Source: Eubacteriales bacterium (GTDB lineage Bacteria; Bacillota; Clostridia; Oscillospirales; CAG-272). From it: DNA of 64,000 nt. Shown one piece after another: positions 49,766-58,144 of this stretch. The stretch spans positions 10,752 through 74,751 of the forward strand of contig JBGVPG010000009.1 of the NCBI GenBank assembly GCA_045126855.1, in the 5' to 3' direction. Under the pieces are notes generated by a model, which was not told the DNA's origin, ran no database searches, and worked only from the letters and a program-made list of their open reading frames with translations. Within the stretch, counting starts at the first letter, position 1. Each line of letters opens with the position of its first letter. The translations under genes and the position numbers were made by a program.

Positions 49766-50284
49766 GTGAATATAACTCTTATAGGTATGCCCGCCGTTGG
49801 AAAATCGTGTATGGGTAGAACTCTCGCTAAAAAATTCAATCTCAGGCTTGTTGACGGAGATAAAGTCATAGAACAAGTTGAAGGAAGAAAACTTCAGCAA
49901 ATAATGGACGAAGAGGGACTCGAAGGCTTTAAGGCGATAGAGGAGCGTGTTCTTCTGACTATCGACGACAACGATATCGTATTTACCCCCGGCGGAAGTG
50001 CTGTATACTATCCCAAGGTTATGGATAAATTCAAGCGAAACGGTATTGTTATTTATTTATATGCCAGCGCCGAGACGATCTGCAATCGTTTGGTTGATTT
50101 TTCAAAACGTGGAGTTGTTTTACGAAAAGGTATGACAATGCAGGATCTTTATAATGAAAGAGCCCCATTATTTGAAAAATATGCAGATATAACAGTCAGC
50201 TGCGATGGTACAAATTTCGGTAAATATAAAGCGGTCGCAATCAAAAAGATTGAAAGATACCTAGAAAAAGCAGGGCAGAACTAA
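49766..50284 (+). CDS. aroK: Shikimate kinase
   Basis: GMPAVGKS P-loop and a DGD motif. GTG start after GGAGG. Confidence 0.85.
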   Translation: MNITLIGMPAVGKSCMGRTLAKKFNLRLVDGDKVIEQVEGRKLQQIMDEEGLEGFKAIEERVLLTIDDNDIVFTPGGSAVYYPKVMDKFKRNGIVIYLYASAETICNRLVDFSKRGVVLRKGMTMQDLYNERAPLFEKYADITVSCDGTNFGKYKAVAIKKIERYLEKAGQN

Positions 50285-50321
50285 AAAAGAGGGTAATCCA
50301 ATTACGGATTACCTTCTTTTT
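50284..50321. terminator. Bidirectional terminator
   Basis: AAGAGGGTAATCC-loop-GGATTACCTTCTT flanked by an A-run and a T-run. Confidence 0.8.
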
Positions 50322-51417
50322 AAATTATTTCTTTTATGGCTCGAACCATTCTGTCAACGTCGGTTCGCCTATTCATGCAGGAAAAAGAAACTCGGACCGC
50401 GCCCTGATTTATAGTTCCTAATCGTCTGTGAACAGACGGCGCACAGTGAAGACCGCCTCTGACACAAATACCCTTACGATTTAGAAGTGAAGCAATCTCT
50501 GTTGACGGTATATCTGAATAATTGAAGGATAAAATTCCGCAGCCTTTCCCATAAATTGTAATTCCTTTTATGCTATCAAGACGTTCGTATAGTTCGTCGG
50601 TATATTTCGATAATTGTTCTCTAATATTATTAATACCGATTTCATTAATATATTCCACTCCCTTAGATAATGATACGATTGCAGGTGTAGAAAGTGTGCC
50701 TGCCTCGTATGCCTCCGGCAAAGCCATTGGCATTTCATCTCTTTTGCTGTCAGAACCGCTTCCACCCTCGATGAAGCTATCTTCTCTGATTGAATTTGCA
50801 AAATATACAAATCCTGACCCCTGAATACCAAATAACGCTTTATGGCCGGGAGCACAAAATGCGTCACATGGTGTTTTTTCTATATTAAATCCTCTGTGAC
50901 CAACTGCCTGCGAGGAATCGACTATAAGCTTTAGATTATTTTGTGTAGACAGGGAAGAAAGCAAACCTAGATCTATTTCTTCTCCCGTTACGTTTGAAGC
51001 AAGTGAACATACTATAGCTACGGTGTTCTCTTTTATCAGTGCTGGTATTTGATTAACATCTCTGAATACATCGTATGATATATTTCGCTCTTTATTGAGC
51101 TTATTGAGCGGTCTGATTACAGAATTATGCTCAAAATCGCTACATATAACGTGGCAGTTTGGTTTAATCATTGTTTTAAGCACCAAATTCAGTCCGAAGG
51201 TAGCATTTGGAGTAAAGACTATATTTTCTGCGCACGAAACGCCAAAATGAGATGCCAGGCATTCTCTTGCTGAATATATTTCCTCAGCTGCGCGAAGCGA
51301 CAAAACGTGAGAGCTACGTCCTGGATTACCGCAATATCTTTTAATGCAACGGTTCAGCTCCTTTATCACGCTCCTTGGCTTAGGAAAGCTTGTTGCAGCA
51401 TTGTCCAAATAGATCAT
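50320..51417 (-). CDS. Class V aminotransferase / cysteine desulfurase family protein
   Basis: The fold-type I PLP pattern includes the GHKAL PLP-Lys region. A C-terminal GLHCAP motif carries the candidate active-site Cys. Confidence 0.85.
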   Translation of the reverse strand: MIYLDNAATSFPKPRSVIKELNRCIKRYCGNPGRSSHVLSLRAAEEIYSARECLASHFGVSCAENIVFTPNATFGLNLVLKTMIKPNCHVICSDFEHNSVIRPLNKLNKERNISYDVFRDVNQIPALIKENTVAIVCSLASNVTGEEIDLGLLSSLSTQNNLKLIVDSSQAVGHRGFNIEKTPCDAFCAPGHKALFGIQGSGFVYFANSIREDSFIEGGSGSDSKRDEMPMALPEAYEAGTLSTPAIVSLSKGVEYINEIGINNIREQLSKYTDELYERLDSIKGITIYGKGCGILSFNYSDIPSTEIASLLNRKGICVRGGLHCAPSVHRRLGTINQGAVRVSFSCMNRRTDVDRMVRAIKEII

Positions 51418-51629
51418 TTTTCTGTATTCTCAATAGAATATTCTATATTGTGTTCACGCAATAATACGATCGCAGAAAGCAAATCCCTCTCATGAATCTC
51501 TACGCCATGATTACAGCCACCGTTTCCAACCCACTTAGTCTGATAGGCTTTAATTCCGTTACGTGACAGGATTTTTTTAAGTTTTATAGCAAAGGTCATC
51601 GAGCCAACGTCTATCCTTATTTTCTTCAA
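51414..51629 (-). CDS. DUF3343-like small protein (putative S/Se carrier-like)
   Basis: 71 aa whose size and pattern resemble DUF3343. ATGA-type overlap with the desulfurase gene. Confidence 0.55.
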   Translation of the reverse strand: MKKIRIDVGSMTFAIKLKKILSRNGIKAYQTKWVGNGGCNHGVEIHERDLLSAIVLLREHNIEYSIENTEK

Positions 51630-51712
51630 GTCAAAGCCTCTACAAAAAACTGGGACGATAAATCGTCCTATATTTATTTTATGTTTTTACGTCAAAAAGT
51701 TTATAAAAATAC

Positions 51713-51741
51713 TAGACATTTATCTTATTCTGTGATATACT
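51713..51741 (+). promoter_or_regulatory. Sigma-A promoter TAGACA-17-TATACT with TGn extension
   Basis: Lies upstream of the MBL hydrolase-glnS-comFC unit. Confidence 0.6.
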
Positions 51742-51780
51742 ATATTTTATATTAAAGCAAATTTCCAAATTGGAGCGATT

Positions 51781-52383
51781 ATGCTGAAAATACACCTTTT
51801 AGATTCGCCACACCCCTTTGCAGCCAACACATATCTAATTGAGCTTGAGGGTGACGTGGCTGTTGTCGATCCGACCGTACCTTATAGCTCTCAGGTACAC
51901 GGCAAGACAATCAAATATATACTTCTTACCCACGCACATTTCGATCACATTCTGGAGATAGACAGCTGGGCAAAAAACACCGATGCTATAGTCATTGCTA
52001 CAGAAGAATGCGCAGCCGCGCTTCCTGATCCTATGCGAAACTGCTATAAACTCTATAATGGCAACGACAACGGATATTTCGGTAACGTACAGTCTGTTTC
52101 AGATGGTGATAATATTTCCTTCGGCAATCAATGCATTAAGGTTATCAAGACCCCCGGGCATACTGCCGGAAGTGCTATATTTATCATTGACGGATCTGCG
52201 TTTGTGGGAGATACTGTTTTCGAGCACGGTGGATATGGCAGATTTGACTTACCAACAGGAAGCCTCGTAATGCTCAGGGATTCTATTGGCAAGATTATGC
52301 AGCTTAATGAACAAACGGTTCTTTATCCCGGTCACGGAGGAAGCACCACGGTTAGACAATACAAAAAAGATTTCAGAGGATAA
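51781..52383 (+). CDS. MBL-fold metallo-hydrolase
   Basis: THAHFDH metal motif. 200 aa. Confidence 0.85.
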   Translation: MLKIHLLDSPHPFAANTYLIELEGDVAVVDPTVPYSSQVHGKTIKYILLTHAHFDHILEIDSWAKNTDAIVIATEECAAALPDPMRNCYKLYNGNDNGYFGNVQSVSDGDNISFGNQCIKVIKTPGHTAGSAIFIIDGSAFVGDTVFEHGGYGRFDLPTGSLVMLRDSIGKIMQLNEQTVLYPGHGGSTTVRQYKKDFRG

Positions 52384-52387
52384 TAAA

Positions 52388-54052
52388 ATGGAAGAACTCA
52401 GAAGCAATTTTATACACGATATAATTGACGAGGATCTTGCGGTTAACCCCGAGATGAAGATCCACACCAGATTCCCCCCGGAACCTAATGGATATCTCCA
52501 CATTGGCTCTGCAAAGGCAATTTGGATCAACGCTATGACCGCAAAAAAGTATGGTGGCAAGTTCAATCTTCGCTACGACGATACAAACCCCTCCAAGGAG
52601 GATAACGAGTACGTTGAGAGCATTTACGAGGATCTTATGTGGCTTGGCTGTGAACCTGATGGCGGTGTATTCTATGGCTCCGACTACTTTGATAAGTGTT
52701 ACGAATACGCCATAAAGCTTATTAAGGACGGCAAGGCATACGTATGTGATCTTAATGCAGAGGAAATGCGTCAGTATCGCGGAACACTTACCGAGCCCGG
52801 TAAGGACAGCCCTTATCGCAACAGAAGTGTAGAGGAGAATCTTGAGCTCTTCGAGCGCATGAAGAACGGTGAGTTTGCCGACGGTGCAAAAACCCTTCGT
52901 GCCAAGATCGATATGTCTTCCTCTAACATGAATATGCGTGACCCTGCCATCTACCGTATCGTTCACGTTAGCCATCATAGACAGGGAAGTAAGTGGTGTA
53001 TCTATCCCTTGTATGACTTTGCCCATCCTATTCAGGATGCTCTTGAGGGAATCACACACTCCCTTTGCTCCATCGAATTTGAGAATCACAGACCCCTCTA
53101 CGAGTGGGTAATTGATAACATCGGCATTAACAATAACCCCAACCCCAAGCAGCGTGAGTTTGCACGTCTTAACGTTACTCACACCGTTATGAGTAAGAGA
53201 TATCTCCGTAAGCTTGTTGAGGAAAAGCTTGTGGACGGCTGGGATGACCCCAGAATGCCTACTCTCTGCGGTCTTCGCCGCAGGGGCTACACCCCGGCAT
53301 CTATCTTTGATTTTGTAGCACGTGCGGGCGTTGCAAAGTCATACAGCGTTGTTGATTACGAGCTTCTCGAGCATTGCATCCGTGAGGAGCTTAATGCAAC
53401 CGCTGAAAGAAGAATAGCAATTCTTCATCCCATCAAGGTCGTTGTTACCAACTATCCCGAGGACAAGGTTGAGTATTTCGATCTTCCTAACAATCCTTCC
53501 AATCCTGATGCAGGTACAAGAAAGATTGCTTTCACTCGTGAGCTTTACATTGACTCTGACGATTTTGCAGAGGTTCCTCCGCCTAAGTTCTTCAGAATGA
53601 AGCCCGACGGTGAGGTTCGTCTCATGGGAGGATACATTGTTAAATGCAATGAGATCATCAAGAACGATGACGGAAGTATTAAGGAGATCAGATGTACCGC
53701 CGATCTTGAAACAGGAAACGGTATGCCCGTGGACGGTAGAAAAGTGAAGGGAACCATTCATTGGCTCTCCTCCTCCAATGCACTTGATACCACTATTATG
53801 CTTTACGACTTCCTCTTTGATATCGAAAACACCGCCGATATCCCCGAGGACAAGACTTATGACGATTATCTCAACAAGGCGTCTGTAACTAAGATTGAAA
53901 ATGCCAAGGTTGAGCCTTCGCTTGCCAACGCCAACGCAGGCGAGAGATTCCAGTTTGTAAGAACAGGTTATTTCGTTAAGGATACCAAGCACGAAAATAC
54001 CTTTAACAGAATCGTTGGTCTGAAGGATAGCTTCCCGAAGGCGCAGAAATAA
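52388..54052 (+). CDS. glnS: Glutaminyl-tRNA synthetase
   Basis: RFPPEPNGYLHIGS (HIGH) and VMSKR (KMSKS) motifs. The start is set at ATG 52388, just after the upstream stop. Confidence 0.95.
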   Translation: MEELRSNFIHDIIDEDLAVNPEMKIHTRFPPEPNGYLHIGSAKAIWINAMTAKKYGGKFNLRYDDTNPSKEDNEYVESIYEDLMWLGCEPDGGVFYGSDYFDKCYEYAIKLIKDGKAYVCDLNAEEMRQYRGTLTEPGKDSPYRNRSVEENLELFERMKNGEFADGAKTLRAKIDMSSSNMNMRDPAIYRIVHVSHHRQGSKWCIYPLYDFAHPIQDALEGITHSLCSIEFENHRPLYEWVIDNIGINNNPNPKQREFARLNVTHTVMSKRYLRKLVEEKLVDGWDDPRMPTLCGLRRRGYTPASIFDFVARAGVAKSYSVVDYELLEHCIREELNATAERRIAILHPIKVVVTNYPEDKVEYFDLPNNPSNPDAGTRKIAFTRELYIDSDDFAEVPPPKFFRMKPDGEVRLMGGYIVKCNEIIKNDDGSIKEIRCTADLETGNGMPVDGRKVKGTIHWLSSSNALDTTIMLYDFLFDIENTADIPEDKTYDDYLNKASVTKIENAKVEPSLANANAGERFQFVRTGYFVKDTKHENTFNRIVGLKDSFPKAQK

Positions 54053-54774
54053 TGAATATTAAAGAACTGAAGGACAGGGCATTATTTGCCCTGTCCGTTC
54101 CTAAATGTGTGTCTTGTAACGAAAGGCTAGACTACGGACAACAAGCTATGTGCTCGGAATGCTATAAATTGTTTACGGAGTTTGCAACCAGAAATTGTGC
54201 TCGCTGTGCAAAGGTTTTAAACGAATGTAATTGCTCAAACACCTTTTTGGAATCGCATTTCGTTAAAAAAGTTATTAAATGCTATCGTTACATTAATCAT
54301 GATGAAATTACACCGTCGAACTCGATTATCTATAGTCTGAAGCATGACAACCGGCGTGACGTTCTTGAATTAACCAGCGATCTGCTTATTCGTGCAATTA
54401 ACAATTCAATGAATGATATTTCAGAATATATTGTTACAAATATTCCGAGAAGAAAAGCCGCAATAATAGAGTACGGTATAGATCATTCTGCACTTCTTGC
54501 AAAAGAAATCGCAAGAAAGAGCGGAGCAGAGTACATTTCATTCTTCAAATCTAATGCCAGGCGCGAACAAAAATCTCTCGATAGTATGGAGAGAAGGCGT
54601 AACGCAGATTTTACTCTGATTAATGAGATGGACCTGTCGGGGCGTCGTGTTATTATCATAGACGATATCATCACCTCAGGCGCTTCCATGGCAAACGCAG
54701 CCTCTTTATTACGTTCTCTTGGTTGCCGTGATATAACAGCGGCATGTCTTGCCATTGCATATAAAGACACGTAA
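54052..54774 (+). CDS. comFC: ComF-family protein (ComFC, phosphoribosyltransferase-like)
   Basis: N-terminal Cys4 zinc finger and a C-terminal PRT motif (VIIIDDIITSGAS). Confidence 0.8.
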   Translation: MNIKELKDRALFALSVPKCVSCNERLDYGQQAMCSECYKLFTEFATRNCARCAKVLNECNCSNTFLESHFVKKVIKCYRYINHDEITPSNSIIYSLKHDNRRDVLELTSDLLIRAINNSMNDISEYIVTNIPRRKAAIIEYGIDHSALLAKEIARKSGAEYISFFKSNARREQKSLDSMERRRNADFTLINEMDLSGRRVIIIDDIITSGASMANAASLLRSLGCRDITAACLAIAYKDT

Positions 54775-54790
54775 AAAGGCACCCGGTTGG
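54772..54790 (+). repeat. Direct repeat copy 1 (TAAAAAGGCACCCGGTTGG)
   Basis: 18 of 19 nt identical to 54925-54943. Includes the comFC stop codon. Confidence 0.8.
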
Positions 54791-54924
54791 AGAAAGGGGT
54801 ATGCGCCACTGCGCAGATTTTTCGCTTCGCCTTACAAAACCAGCTTTCGACGGATGTCGCTCAAATGCAAACCCTATTCCGTACTAAAGCACGGAGAAGA
54901 GCAGAATCATTCTTCTCAGCAAAA

Positions 54925-54943
54925 TAAAAAGGCACCCGATTGG
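54925..54943 (+). repeat. Direct repeat copy 2 (TAAAAAGGCACCCGATTGG)
   Basis: Forms the left arm and loop of the terminator next to tRNA-Ser. Confidence 0.8.
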
Positions 54944-54952
54944 GTGCCTTTT
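54927..54952. terminator. Bidirectional terminator downstream of tRNA-Ser
   Basis: AAAAGGCACCC-gatt-GGGTGCCTTTT. Confidence 0.85.
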
Positions 54953-54956
54953 ATTT

Positions 54957-55047
54957 TGGCGGAGAGAAAGGGATTCGAACCCTTGATACCGGTTAGGGTA
55001 TACACGATTTCCAGTCGTGCGCCTTAGACCAACTCGGCCATCTCTCC
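54957..55047 (-). tRNA. tRNA-Ser (anticodon GGA)
   Basis: The reverse complement is GGAGAGATGGCCGAGTTGGTCTAAGGCGCACGACTGGAAATCGTG, then a long variable arm, then GGTTCGAATCCCTTTCTCTCCGCCA. Confidence 0.95.
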
Positions 55048-55161
55048 ACGCGACTTCTATATTATAGCAGAGGAATAGTAAAAAGTCAAGTGATTTTTTT
55101 ATGTTTTTTCAAATTTTTTCAAAAAATACTAAATTTATTTTTGTATATCTCAAAATTTCAC

Positions 55162-55190
55162 TTGACAAAGCGACATTATTTTCATATAAT
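55162..55190 (+). promoter_or_regulatory. Sigma-A promoter TTGACA-17-TATAAT for aspartate kinase
   Basis: Perfect hexamers that lie inside the ORF-track N-terminal extension. Confidence 0.85.
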
Positions 55191-55226
55191 ATTATAGAAA
55201 CTTTTTTAGCAGGAGAAATTCATTAT

Positions 55227-56540
55227 ATGAGCCTTAAGGTTTTGAAATTTGGCGGCAGCTCGCTTGCCGATGCAGAACACTTCAGACAGGTTGCTGAAAT
55301 CATAAAAAGCGATCCATCAAGAAGATATATCGTTGCCTCCGCACCAGGAAAGCGCAACAATCACGATACAAAAATCACCGACCTTCTTTATAAGTGCTAT
55401 TCCTTGGCATTTAACGAGGAGGAAATTACTGACGTATATAACGAAGTAAAGCAGAGATACCTCGATATTATTTCCGATCTTGGTCTTGACCTCGATCTTA
55501 CCGAGATTTTTGAGAAGATCAGAATGTCTCTACTTCATAACTCAGGTCGTGACTATATTGCATCTCGCGGTGAATATCTTAACGCTCTCATTTTGTCTAA
55601 GTATCTCGGTTTCAGCTTTGTTGATGCAAAGAAGGTAATCTTCTTTAACGAGGACGGAAGCTTTAACTCTGAAAAAACCAACGACGTGATGAGGGAAGCA
55701 CTCTCCGAGCTTGAATATGCGGTTATTCCCGGATTCTACGGCTCAATGCCTAACGGAACAATAAAGACATTCTCCCGTGGAGGATCTGATATCACAGGCT
55801 CTATTGTAGCACGCGCGGCATCTGCAACGCTTTACGAGAACTGGACCGATGTTTCAGGCTTCCTGATGGCAGATCCCAGAATAATTGACAATCCTAAACC
55901 CATTAATACAATTACTTACAAAGAGCTTCGCGAGCTCTCCTACATGGGCGCTACCGTTCTTCACGAGGACTCTATTTTCCCCGTAAGATATTCTAAAATT
56001 CCAATCAACATAAGAAATACAAATCGTCCTGAGGACAAGGGAACATTCATCGTACCCGAGACCGACGATATCGGCGAACATATTATCACAGGTATTGCAG
56101 GAAGAAACGGATTCTCCAGCATTACCATTGAAAAAGCGATGATGAATACCGAGCTTGGTCTTGGCCGTCGAGTTCTCCAGGTTCTGGAGGAAAACGGCGT
56201 ATCCTTCGAGCATTTCCCGTCGGGTATTGATACAATGACTGTAATCGTATCCACCAAGTCACTCTCGGAGAAACGTGCGGACGTTCTTGCAGGCATATGC
56301 AAGAATGTTAATCCCGAAAACGTGTTCGTAGAAGAAAATATGGCTCTGATCGCTGTCGTTGGTCGTGGTATGATCAAAGCGAAGGGAACAGCTGCCCGTA
56401 TTTTCACATCTCTTGCAAATGCGAACGTTAATATCCGTATGATAGACCAGGGCTCCAGCGAGCTTAACATTATCATTGGCGTTGATGCAAATGATTACAT
56501 TACCGCTCTTAAAGCAATATACGGAGAATTCGTAAAATAA
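55227..56540 (+). CDS. Aspartate kinase
   Basis: VLKFGGSSL N-terminus with C-terminal ACT domains. AGGAGA SD. Confidence 0.92.
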   Translation: MSLKVLKFGGSSLADAEHFRQVAEIIKSDPSRRYIVASAPGKRNNHDTKITDLLYKCYSLAFNEEEITDVYNEVKQRYLDIISDLGLDLDLTEIFEKIRMSLLHNSGRDYIASRGEYLNALILSKYLGFSFVDAKKVIFFNEDGSFNSEKTNDVMREALSELEYAVIPGFYGSMPNGTIKTFSRGGSDITGSIVARAASATLYENWTDVSGFLMADPRIIDNPKPINTITYKELRELSYMGATVLHEDSIFPVRYSKIPINIRNTNRPEDKGTFIVPETDDIGEHIITGIAGRNGFSSITIEKAMMNTELGLGRRVLQVLEENGVSFEHFPSGIDTMTVIVSTKSLSEKRADVLAGICKNVNPENVFVEENMALIAVVGRGMIKAKGTAARIFTSLANANVNIRMIDQGSSELNIIIGVDANDYITALKAIYGEFVK

Positions 56541-56545
56541 TATAA

Positions 56546-56574
56546 AACGGCAGGGAAACACCCTGTCGTTTTTT
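56546..56574 (+). terminator. Intrinsic terminator after aspartate kinase
   Basis: AACGGCAGGG-aaaca-CCCTGTCGTT followed by TTTTTT. Confidence 0.85.
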
Positions 56575-56585
56575 AAATCGTTATT

Positions 56586-56618
56586 CCCTATAATTTGGGA
56601 AAAAATCCCAAAATAGGG
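56586..56618. repeat. Imperfect inverted repeat
   Basis: CCCTATAATTTGGGA-aaaaa-TCCCAAAATAGGG (6+7 bp with a 2-nt bulge). Confidence 0.7.
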
Positions 56619-56639
56619 TACAATAGAGATATATCCGCA

Positions 56640-56667
56640 ATTATACAAAAGGGAAATTTTGTATAAT
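56640..56667. repeat. Perfect 11-bp inverted repeat
   Basis: ATTATACAAAA-gggaaa-TTTTGTATAAT. Confidence 0.85.
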
Positions 56668-57009
56668 AGAGGGCAGTATAAGCTACTAAATATGGCTTAT
56701 TTGATATATTTTGCGCCTATTTTATCACTTATTCAATAATTATCATATTTGAACAAGATATATTATACATATCATCGCTACATAGATTTTATGATATACC
56801 TTCCTTCGATGGAGTATATCAACTGTGCGGTTATATGGGCTAAAGCATATTCTATGCCATAATCAATATAAAGCTTACTTATTGCTATTAAAGAATAATC
56901 ATATTCAAATGGACATATTTACAACTGAATAAATGTTCTCAATCTACTTGCTTTTTCTCACTAAATCCTGTATAATAAAAATAACAGAAAAATGGGGCAG
57001 GGTGCTTCC

Positions 57010-57279
57010 CTACTTTTCCCTGCTATTTTTCCTTTTGAGATATTTATTGCGAGTGGCTTCGCCTCCGCGAATATGTCTCTCAGACTTGTTTTTTTCAAGA
57101 ATGACCTTAACAAGGCTATGCATTGCGGGATTAAAATATCTTAGCTTATCGGTTAGATCCTTATGTACGGTGCTTTTGCTTATTCCAAAATGAGATGCAG
57201 TCGCTCTTACGGTTGCCCCTGTATCCACAACGTATTCAGCAAGCGTCTCGCACCTATCCTTTATCAATGCATCGGTCAT
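57010..57279 (-). CDS. spoIIID: Sporulation transcriptional regulator SpoIIID
   Basis: 89 aa with the HTH ATVRATASHFGISKSTVHKDL. GGAGG SD. Confidence 0.92.
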   Translation of the reverse strand: MTDALIKDRCETLAEYVVDTGATVRATASHFGISKSTVHKDLTDKLRYFNPAMHSLVKVILEKNKSERHIRGGEATRNKYLKRKNSREK

Positions 57280-57307
57280 AACACACCTCCAACCATTTTA
57301 CTAATTA

Positions 57308-57336
57308 ATTATATGAAGGCGGATTACAATTAATGC
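57308..57336 (-). promoter_or_regulatory. Sigma-E-like promoter candidate for spoIIID (GCATTAA-14-CATATAAT)
   Basis: Matches my recollection of the sigma-E consensus (xHATAxx-14-CATACAhT). The -35 overlaps the start codon of the divergent trmH-family gene. Confidence 0.4.
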
Positions 57337-58106
57337 AAAAGGAAGATATAAAGTTTCAGGATTCAACAGTCTTTGAAGGCATGACATCCATAAGGGCTAT
57401 CATACGAGGTATCGACTCAGGAGTCAATGACAGACAAATTGATAAGATTCTTTTTGATAAAGGCAAAATTCGCAAAATATCAAAAGAAATAGGATATTTT
57501 AGGGCAGTATTAGATAAGTATGGATTTGAGCTATGCGAAAGCGATGCTGAAGCACTGGAGAATATCACCCTTGGCAATTCCCACGGAGGTATCGTTGCAA
57601 TTACAAAAGAGAGAACACTTCCCTGCTTAAGCGACGAATCTCCGATACTTCCATGTGGCTTTTACGTTATGATCGAAGGAATTGAGGATCCTTATAACTT
57701 TGGTTACTCTCTCAGATCCCTTTATGCTATGGGTTGTTCAGGAATAATTCTCACCGAGAGAAACTGGATGAGCGCCGCAGGTGTCGTCGCCAGAAGCTCC
57801 GCAGGAGCCTCCGAAATGTTTGAAATTTATAGATCAAGTCCGCAAGATTGCCTTAGAATATTTAAAAATAAAGGGTATCAGATTGTATGCGCAGATGAAA
57901 ATACAGACAACATCCTCGGCTCATGTGATTTGAAATATCCGCTGTTACTCATTGTTGGCGGTGAAAAACGAGGTATTTCACGAGCGGTAATAGACGAAGC
58001 AGACATACTTGTTAAAATAGGGTACGGCAGGGAGTTTCGCGCTTCCCTTTCCGCCGCATCTGCAACGACAATGTTTGCATACGAAATCGCAAGACAAAAC
58101 TCTTAA
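57333..58106 (+). CDS. TrmH/SpoU-family RNA 2'-O-methyltransferase (RlmB-like)
   Basis: N-terminal substrate-binding domain plus SpoU motifs (IEDPYNFG, LIVGGEKRGIS). Confidence 0.85.
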   Translation: MQKEDIKFQDSTVFEGMTSIRAIIRGIDSGVNDRQIDKILFDKGKIRKISKEIGYFRAVLDKYGFELCESDAEALENITLGNSHGGIVAITKERTLPCLSDESPILPCGFYVMIEGIEDPYNFGYSLRSLYAMGCSGIILTERNWMSAAGVVARSSAGASEMFEIYRSSPQDCLRIFKNKGYQIVCADENTDNILGSCDLKYPLLLIVGGEKRGISRAVIDEADILVKIGYGREFRASLSAASATTMFAYEIARQNS

Positions 58107-58110
58107 TATA

Positions 58111-58143
58111 AAAAGCCACCTTCATACGAGGGTGGCATTTTTC
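58111..58143. terminator. Bidirectional terminator between convergent genes
   Basis: GCCACCTTC-atac-GAGGGTGGC flanked by an A-run and a T-run. Confidence 0.8.
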
Positions 58144-58144
58144 T

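Noticed and set aside
54749-55027. A 92-aa plus-strand ORF.
   Set aside because: It overlaps tRNA-Ser and a terminator on the opposite strand and has no SD.
55101-55226. N-terminal extensions offered by the ORF track. They affect aspartate kinase here, and also crp (27219-27302), hup (38275-38313), glnS (52286-52387), rplU (14006-14020), pdaA (63095-63148) and rpsU (63371-63397).
   Set aside because: Consensus promoters, SD sequences or the upstream gene's coding region lie inside these extensions. The internal ATGs give N-termini that match the families.
56745-56775. A dif-like core (ATATATTAT) in the AT-rich tract.
   Set aside because: The flanking arms do not match my recollection of the Firmicute dif consensus (ACTTCCTAGAAT...GTAAACT). 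The match is limited to a low-complexity AT core.
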